Source: a candidate division LCP-89 bacterium B3_LCP (lineage in GTDB: Bacteria > Electryoneota > B3-LCP). From it: a stretch of 64,000 nucleotides of DNA. Shown here in pieces: positions 57,838 through 64,000 of this stretch. Location of the stretch: assembly GCA_005223185.1 (NCBI GenBank), contig NJBN01000009.1, positions 1,321 through 65,320 of the forward strand. Direction: 5' to 3'. The notes beneath the pieces were generated by a model, which saw nothing but the letters and a program-made list of their open reading frames with translations, searched no databases and was not told the DNA's origin. How positions within the stretch are numbered: the stretch's first letter is position 1; every line of letters starts with the position of its first letter. Position numbers and translations under genes: made by a program.

Positions 57838-60800
57838 ATGAAAACGCAAATATCACGGGATAGTTACAGCAAGAAAGACCGTTATTCAGGCGTGTACCAG
57901 CAACAAGGACGCATGCTCACCGATGCGGACTGGAACGAGTCCATCGAAGTCTTCAAGGGGCTTCTACAGGAAGCCTTGAAAGACGTCATAGGTGATGGTG
58001 CGCCGCGGTCAAATGCACTCACCATTGAACAATCATCTGGTCTTAAAAAGAAAATCTATATCAAACCTGGTGATCTCTATGTGGATGGTCTGCGTGCTGA
58101 ACTTGCTGAACTTTCGGATGGGTCAAATATAGCCCTCAATGGACAAGATGATCTCCCCCTCGATGAACAGTGTTATCTCCCCACCGGTAGCAATTTCACA
58201 AATCCCACAAACTGTATTATCTATGCGGACGTCTGGGATCGTTCGATAACGTCCTTGGAAGACACTGACCTGCGTGATCCAGGCCTTCACGGAGCGGATA
58301 CCTGTACCCGTACTCAGCGCATGTTACAGATCAAATGGTGTCCGGACACTATCGACCCGGAAAATCCTGATGAGATGGTTAGAAAAGGAGATGCAGCGCT
58401 AACCCTCGAGTTGAGGTCCAACGAACCCTCTGCTGATGTCTGCAATCCCTGTTCGCAGTTACTCGAATCCGAGATTGGCGATGTGGGCAACTACCTGTTC
58501 CGTTTGGAAGTGCATGATATAGAGGTTGATGAAACATCTGGCAATCCGACCAAACTTACCCTGAAGTGGTCATCTGAAAACGGTGCTGAAAGCTACGAAG
58601 CCAAGAGTGAATCCGAGATGCCGCCGGGATTTGTTAACAGCTTTTCCGACGACGGCAGTTATGTGTATGAATTCTTCAGCGATACCAGTGAAAAGCACTT
58701 AGGCGTACATAAAGCGACTGAGTATAAGCCGATACGGGGTGCAATTAAAGAGAGCTACGATCCAAAAAGTGAACCATACGTCCGCCGCTGGGATGGCTAT
58801 TGCATTCTCACATATTCCGGGGGGGAGTGGTCGCTGGAAAAAACCAAAGTATTGGGCAAGAATAAGTACAAGGGAACGGATTCGAACAAAAGATTAGAAG
58901 AGAAAGCTACCCTAAAAGATAAACAACTCGGCGACGTCGTTATCAATAACGACATCGTCATACAGCTTGAAGCGTTGCAATTGACATTAACCTTGAAAGA
59001 TAATAACTTTGTCGCTGGAGACTACTGGTTGGCGCCAGTACGCGCTGAAGTTGAATATCTCGACGATTTTCTTTTAATCAATGCAAAGCCGATTGGAATC
59101 GATCATCACTATCTCACTCTCGCAAGCGTGGATAACAATGGAGATGTAACTCAGTACGGTGACATGAATGATAAAAATCACCGCCGTCAAAATTTCCCAC
59201 CTCTGACTGATCTCAATGCTGAGGAAATTGGATATACCACTGATTGTAGTAATGACTTATTCGATTCTACAGACGATAATGTTGCGAAGGCACTAAACAG
59301 ACTTTGTCAAATTGCGGCAGAGCACATAGGCTTTTCCAATCCATGTCCAAAAAAAATAGGAATATTCAAGGGCGAAGAGATTGGTAACGTGGAAGACGCT
59401 TTGAATCTCTTGTGCCACCTGGCGGCTTCACATGTTAAATACACGCCCGGCGGTTGTATAAACAAAGTCGGAGAAGATGAGGAATTATATTATGGCATGG
59501 TAGAAAATACGGTGCAAGAAGCGCTGGATAAAATATGCGAGATTACAGCGAAACACATTACTTATGATCCGAGTTGTGCCTTTCTGAGGGATCAGAAGAA
59601 TCCTAAGATTGAAACAGTTCATGAAGCTCTCGAAGCGCTTTGCAACCGACCTACTGGCGGCAGCGGTGGGTGTAGAGTAACTGTGGGAAAAAAGGAAGAA
59701 GGAGCTGAGTTTGAGACACTAGATGAAGCGTTATCGTCTTGTTTGAGTCCCCAAATTAAAGACGTCTGCATTTGTCTTCTTCCCGGAAATCATAAGCCTC
59801 CATCTCAAGGAATACTTACAGAATTCAAAGGAAATAATTCGGAAGTCTCGAAGGGATTAAACATCAGTATAATAGGCTGCGGTCCAGGGTCTCGAATTGG
59901 CCTTGGGGATCAATCCCTTGAGTTCTCTCAGTTTAATTCTCTAACGTTTAAGGATTTCGAGTTTAATAGTTCAGAGAATGGCGGAGCACAATTATTTTTC
60001 GATAGTTGTACTAATGTGAATCTCTCTTCAATTAATTATGAAGGACATGTTGGCGATAAATCATCGCTGGTGAAGATAGGCGATGCAGAACGTATCCAGC
60101 TATTAGGAAACAAGTTCGAAGCCCGACGCTCCGATAGTCCGGAAAATCCTGCGGAGGTCTTCGAGTTTAATCCGGGGTATTCCGAATTGTTCCGCTTGTC
60201 TTCAAGGAATGAATTTCTCAAGGAGGTTCCTGAAGTAGCGCGAGAAATGAGCAGCCGTTTCTCTAAGGGGGGTGAAGTTACAAAAGCTCGCAATTCCATA
60301 ACCAACAGCAGGAATGCCATAGTAGCAAATCAACAGACAACTCACAAGGAACAAGTAAGTTACGATAGGCTCTTAGGTGTAATATCAGCGGCTGAAACGA
60401 TGGAACCTGAAATGGCAACAGCAGTTTACGCTGACATCTTAGTGCAGATATACGATTTTGCGCGTGAAGCAGCCCTTGAATGCTCACTGTCACTGATGGA
60501 TGCAAATGCTCAGACCATAATAAAGAATAATATCTTCAAAGGAGCTATTAGTCTATATGGTGAGCCGCCTGATAGCAGCGTTACTATAAATCTTGACGAT
60601 GAAATCCTCGGCAGCCAGCTTTTTAACCAGACGCTTAACCTGGCGACCTCAGATGTTGATTTACACTTCTGCAACAATGAAGTTATCAAATTTATCCTCG
60701 GTGCGCGTTATGCTGAGAGCCTTGCTGGAGCTCTAAAAGGAAAAGGTTCTACAATATCGGACTCAATACCGACGCTTTTTAAAACCGGTTATTTTACTGA

Positions 60801-61506
60801 TAACACGATAAAAGAATCGTATAACTACTTTTACTTTGGGCATCTTGACCTGACCTCCAACTCTTTTGAAACTTTAGAAGAAAATGCTGGTTTTGTGTTC
60901 GGTGGTTCCGCAATTTATGTAGGAAACAAGGGTAATAAAGGAGAAGAGGTAAGCAAAATATACAACTGCACCAATGCCTGCAGAAAAGCAGCAAATCTTC
61001 ATCTAAACATACAGGGATGTGAGGATCGTGTCTATGAAAATCCACCGGTAGTGGGAATAGACCTCGGTAGTTTAGGGATAACCGGCAATTACGCCGTTGC
61101 CTGGCAACCCGGGTCTATAACTCCGACAATAATAGACAAATCATCAAGTGTACTTACACCTACGCCTACACCTAGGCTTACGCCGACACCTACACCAACT
61201 CCGACACCTACGCCAACACCGACACCTAGGCCTACGCCAACACCAACGCCAACACCGACACCTAGGCCTACGCCAACTCCTACTCCAACACCTACGCCTA
61301 CGCCAACTCCTACACCTACGCCTACACCAACGCCAACACCGACACCTAGGCCTACGCCAACACCTACGCCTACACCAACACCTACGCCTATACCTGCACC
61401 GTTGACTCAGATTAAACCAACCGGCAAACCAAAGTCAACTGGAAAGTCTAAATCGCCAAAGAAAACCAGAGGGCCAGGAAAAACTAAACCCAAGAAGAAA
61501 CCTTAG
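57838..61506 (+). CDS. DUF6519-domain tail-fibre-like protein with Cys/His repeats and a Pro-Thr tail
   Basis: MK.QISR......YSGV.QQQGRML.DADWNE, G..YVDG, DTCTR, N.LFRLEVH, KWS.ENG, RRWD, F..GDYW. Confidence 0.85.
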   Translation: MKTQISRDSYSKKDRYSGVYQQQGRMLTDADWNESIEVFKGLLQEALKDVIGDGAPRSNALTIEQSSGLKKKIYIKPGDLYVDGLRAELAELSDGSNIALNGQDDLPLDEQCYLPTGSNFTNPTNCIIYADVWDRSITSLEDTDLRDPGLHGADTCTRTQRMLQIKWCPDTIDPENPDEMVRKGDAALTLELRSNEPSADVCNPCSQLLESEIGDVGNYLFRLEVHDIEVDETSGNPTKLTLKWSSENGAESYEAKSESEMPPGFVNSFSDDGSYVYEFFSDTSEKHLGVHKATEYKPIRGAIKESYDPKSEPYVRRWDGYCILTYSGGEWSLEKTKVLGKNKYKGTDSNKRLEEKATLKDKQLGDVVINNDIVIQLEALQLTLTLKDNNFVAGDYWLAPVRAEVEYLDDFLLINAKPIGIDHHYLTLASVDNNGDVTQYGDMNDKNHRRQNFPPLTDLNAEEIGYTTDCSNDLFDSTDDNVAKALNRLCQIAAEHIGFSNPCPKKIGIFKGEEIGNVEDALNLLCHLAASHVKYTPGGCINKVGEDEELYYGMVENTVQEALDKICEITAKHITYDPSCAFLRDQKNPKIETVHEALEALCNRPTGGSGGCRVTVGKKEEGAEFETLDEALSSCLSPQIKDVCICLLPGNHKPPSQGILTEFKGNNSEVSKGLNISIIGCGPGSRIGLGDQSLEFSQFNSLTFKDFEFNSSENGGAQLFFDSCTNVNLSSINYEGHVGDKSSLVKIGDAERIQLLGNKFEARRSDSPENPAEVFEFNPGYSELFRLSSRNEFLKEVPEVAREMSSRFSKGGEVTKARNSITNSRNAIVANQQTTHKEQVSYDRLLGVISAAETMEPEMATAVYADILVQIYDFAREAALECSLSLMDANAQTIIKNNIFKGAISLYGEPPDSSVTINLDDEILGSQLFNQTLNLATSDVDLHFCNNEVIKFILGARYAESLAGALKGKGSTISDSIPTLFKTGYFTDNTIKESYNYFYFGHLDLTSNSFETLEENAGFVFGGSAIYVGNKGNKGEEVSKIYNCTNACRKAANLHLNIQGCEDRVYENPPVVGIDLGSLGITGNYAVAWQPGSITPTIIDKSSSVLTPTPTPRLTPTPTPTPTPTPTPTPRPTPTPTPTPTPRPTPTPTPTPTPTPTPTPTPTPTPTPTPRPTPTPTPTPTPTPIPAPLTQIKPTGKPKSTGKSKSPKKTRGPGKTKPKKKP
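61156..61392 (+). repeat. Coding (Thr-Pro)n tandem repeat, roughly 40 dipeptides
   Basis: ACN-CCN hexamer array with synonymous variation and recurring CCTAGG (Pro-Arg) interruptions. Confidence 0.9.
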
Positions 61507-61561
61507 TTGCCGTGAATGGTAAGAAGGGAAAGAGGAAGTTGATATTGGACAGGGGGAATAG

Positions 61562-62923
61562 ATGAAAACCTTCGCTACTGTAGAAAAGCGCCAGGCGGAT
61601 AAGCCCCCGGTATTTGTGTATAATCCTTCTCTGAAGACCGAGCAGAAGCAGATAAGCCGCATCCTTCGCCCTCATACTGTCCAACCCAAACTCACCATCG
61701 GCGCACCCAACGACCGGTACGAACGGGAGGCCGACCGCGTCGCTGACCAGATCGTACGCATGCCTGATCACACTCTGCAACGGCAGCCGTTGGAGGAAGA
61801 GGAGGAGCTCCAGACCAAGCCCCTTGTCGATCAAATAACGCCGCTGGTGCAGAGGCAGGTTGAGGAGGAAGAAGAAGAGCTCATCCAGACGGTTCAGAGA
61901 CAATGCGATGAGGAAGAATGCTCTATCCAAACTCAGCAGGAGGTAAATCGCACATCAGAAGTAACTCCCGGTCTTGCTTCACAAATACAAGCCATCCGCA
62001 ATGGTGGCAGACAACTACCTCAGGGATGCCGCAACTATTTCGAACCGCGCTTTGGGCGTGATTTCAGTGATGTAAATATTCACACCGATTCTAAAGCCGC
62101 CGACATAGCTAAATCAGTAAATGCCAAGGCATTTACCATAGGACAAGACGTATTCTTCGGCTCAGGGCAGTTTGCACCCGGAACAGATAGTACAGAGCGC
62201 CTGCTAGCGCACGAGTTAACGCATGTGGTGCAGCAATCGTATGGAAATTCACAGAATTTTAATATACAAACGACAAACGGGGCAACTCCCACTACCTCTC
62301 TTTCAGGAATACGAGCTAATCGGATTGCATTTAACAATACAGGTTCCCCAAATAGTGATAACTGTGCAACTACTCAGCCTGCATCACTGGGAGTAGGGAT
62401 TAATGGTAACGCCCAGAATGCCATGGAAATTATTTACAGAATCAGTGGATCCATTCCACCGGGAACTGAGTTCGATATTACTCGAACTGTAAGAGATAAT
62501 GCCTGGGCAAGGAGTTCAGCAGGAACATGGACAAGTGTTGAACAAACACCGGCGGGAACGAAAGATGACTATCATGATTCTGATGAATGTCTAATACCTA
62601 ATGCGAATCGCATATTTGTTACGGATTCGCCTGGATTTAATGGGCTCAATCCAAGAGGAATGGTACTTGCAGCAGGTAATACTGTTCCAGCATTGGCAAC
62701 AGCATTCGTTTTTAAATTAAACTTTGCTGAATGGGTTATCGCTAGGAATCGTTCCCTGGGCATCGGCTGGACTACTATCTCCTCACCAGTATTTACTTTC
62801 TGGCACTCAATTACGTCGGTGTCTCTTAGTGGAGGTACTTGGAGTCTCGTAAATTTCCCAAACGCAGCAAACGAGATAGAACTAGGCAGTATAAGCACAT
62901 CAGGCGCAAGCCCTACAACCTAG
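61562..62923 (+). CDS. DUF4157 (eCIS core domain) protein with unknown C-terminal domain
   Basis: QPKLTIG.PND.YEREADRVAD, QRQ.EEEE repeats, FEPRFG.DFS.V.IH, AKAFT.G, LLAHELTHVVQQ. Confidence 0.92.
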   Translation: MKTFATVEKRQADKPPVFVYNPSLKTEQKQISRILRPHTVQPKLTIGAPNDRYEREADRVADQIVRMPDHTLQRQPLEEEEELQTKPLVDQITPLVQRQVEEEEEELIQTVQRQCDEEECSIQTQQEVNRTSEVTPGLASQIQAIRNGGRQLPQGCRNYFEPRFGRDFSDVNIHTDSKAADIAKSVNAKAFTIGQDVFFGSGQFAPGTDSTERLLAHELTHVVQQSYGNSQNFNIQTTNGATPTTSLSGIRANRIAFNNTGSPNSDNCATTQPASLGVGINGNAQNAMEIIYRISGSIPPGTEFDITRTVRDNAWARSSAGTWTSVEQTPAGTKDDYHDSDECLIPNANRIFVTDSPGFNGLNPRGMVLAAGNTVPALATAFVFKLNFAEWVIARNRSLGIGWTTISSPVFTFWHSITSVSLSGGTWSLVNFPNAANEIELGSISTSGASPTT

Positions 62924-62939
62924 CAACTGATAAATTTCT

Positions 62940-64000
62940 ATGAGACTATTCGCCTCAAAAAACAGATATCCCACTAGAAAATCTTTCCTAGCATTGGGTC
63001 TTACGACTAAAGCCACCTTTTCCAATTCCTCGTCTTCCCACCCCCAACTCCGCCGCATCCTCCGCCCCCATTCCATCCAAACCAAGCTCACCATCGGATC
63101 ACCCAACGACCAGTACGAACGTGAAGCTGACCGCGTCGCTGATCAGATCGTGCGCATGCCTGATCACACTCTGAAGCGGCAGCCATTGGAGGAGGAAGAG
63201 GAAGAACTCCAGACCAAACCCATTGCTGATCAGATAACCCCGATGGTTCAAAGGCAGATAGAGGAGGAGGAAGAAGAAGAGCTCATCCAGCCTGATCGGT
63301 TACCGATAATTCAGAGACAGGAAGAAGAAGAGGAGGAAATAGTCCAGACCCTGCAGAGACAATGCGATGAGGAAGAGTGCCCCATCCAAACTCAGCAGGA
63401 CGCAAATAGATCATCAGAAGTAACTCCCAATCTCGCCTCACAAATACAAGCAATCCGAAGTGGCGGCAGATCCTTACCACAACCCTGCCGCAACTATTTC
63501 GAACCCCGCTTCGGCCGCGATTTCAGCGATGTCCATATTCACACCGATTCTAAAGCCGACGACGTAGCCAAATCAATAAATGCCAAAGCATTTACTTTAG
63601 GACAAGACGTCTTCTTCGGATCGGGCCAGTTCGCACCCGGAACAGAAGGGACGAAGAAGCTGTTGGCGCATGAACTGACGCATGTGGTGCAGCAGAATTC
63701 GAATATCTTAAATTTTTCAAACATAATAATGCGAAAACAAAATCCAGCAGAAGGAACGGAGTGCAAAGAGTTTAAAGGTAGGTGGATTAAGAAAATAGTC
63801 GTCAATCAGGAGGGAGACCAGAAAGTCCACCTATATTGGAATGATGATAAAAAATCAGATACTGACAAATGTTCCACTGGAAAGGGGCACTGCTGTGTTG
63901 AATCTGATGGAATTGCCTGTTCTGAATCACAGTCTAGAGTTGGGGGAAGCAACTGTACACCAGTTAGTAGAGGTGATGGTGAACCTATTCAGAAATGCTA
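62940..64000 (+). CDS. Second DUF4157 protein, runs off the window, not in the ORF track
   Basis: Hand translation is open from ATG 62940 to the end: ..QTKLTIGSPNDQYEREADRVADQ..HELTHVVQQ..WIKKIVVNQEGDQKVHLYW..CSTGKGHCC..NCTPV. Confidence 0.88.
   Translation, partial: MRLFASKNRYPTRKSFLALGLTTKATFSNSSSSHPQLRRILRPHSIQTKLTIGSPNDQYEREADRVADQIVRMPDHTLKRQPLEEEEEELQTKPIADQITPMVQRQIEEEEEEELIQPDRLPIIQRQEEEEEEIVQTLQRQCDEEECPIQTQQDANRSSEVTPNLASQIQAIRSGGRSLPQPCRNYFEPRFGRDFSDVHIHTDSKADDVAKSINAKAFTLGQDVFFGSGQFAPGTEGTKKLLAHELTHVVQQNSNILNFSNIIMRKQNPAEGTECKEFKGRWIKKIVVNQEGDQKVHLYWNDDKKSDTDKCSTGKGHCCVESDGIACSESQSRVGGSNCTPVSRGDGEPIQKC

Noticed and set aside
61148..61405. His/Leu/Arg-rich ORF and a possible CRISPR-like array
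   Set aside because: Off-frame shadow of the Pro-Thr codon repeat. There is no repeat-spacer structure and no cas genes.
40922..61506. Prophage or T6SS interpretation of the tail genes
   Set aside because: No capsid, portal, terminase, integrase or TssJLM/ClpV genes in the window. Pvc16-like, AAA ATPase and DUF4157 genes point to eCIS.

Overview
Chromosomal window from an anaerobe. An FCB-superphylum lineage is inferred from the many secreted proteins ending in a T9SS type A / FlgD-like 'PNPFNP...K.VL.K' domain. Four blocks: (1) 1-4.9 kb: 3' part of a periplasmic nitrate reductase operon in Campylobacterota-type order napA-G-H-B-F-L-D. napF is missing from the ORF track and appears to start at ATA. 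(2) 5.1-18.1 kb: a coupled pair of divergent citrate-synthase-family genes (one lacks the catalytic His and Asp), then a minus-strand operon qmoA-qmoB-qmoC-dsrJ-dsrO-dsrP plus sensor kinase and response regulator, with no aprAB or dsrMK next to it. (3) 18.6-38.6 kb: tRNA-Gln(CTG), wrbA, a CapA-family protein and five secreted CTD-bearing proteins, including a gingipain-like C25 protease. One is interrupted by a single in-frame TGA that forms a U-x-x-C motif and is followed by a SECIS-like hairpin, making it a candidate new secreted selenoprotein. (4) 38.9-64 kb: an extracellular contractile injection system (eCIS) behind a sigma-54 activator and a -24/-12 promoter, ending in two DUF4157 proteins with near-identical N-termini and unrelated C-termini. 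All family calls come from motif recognition by eye; no database searches were run.
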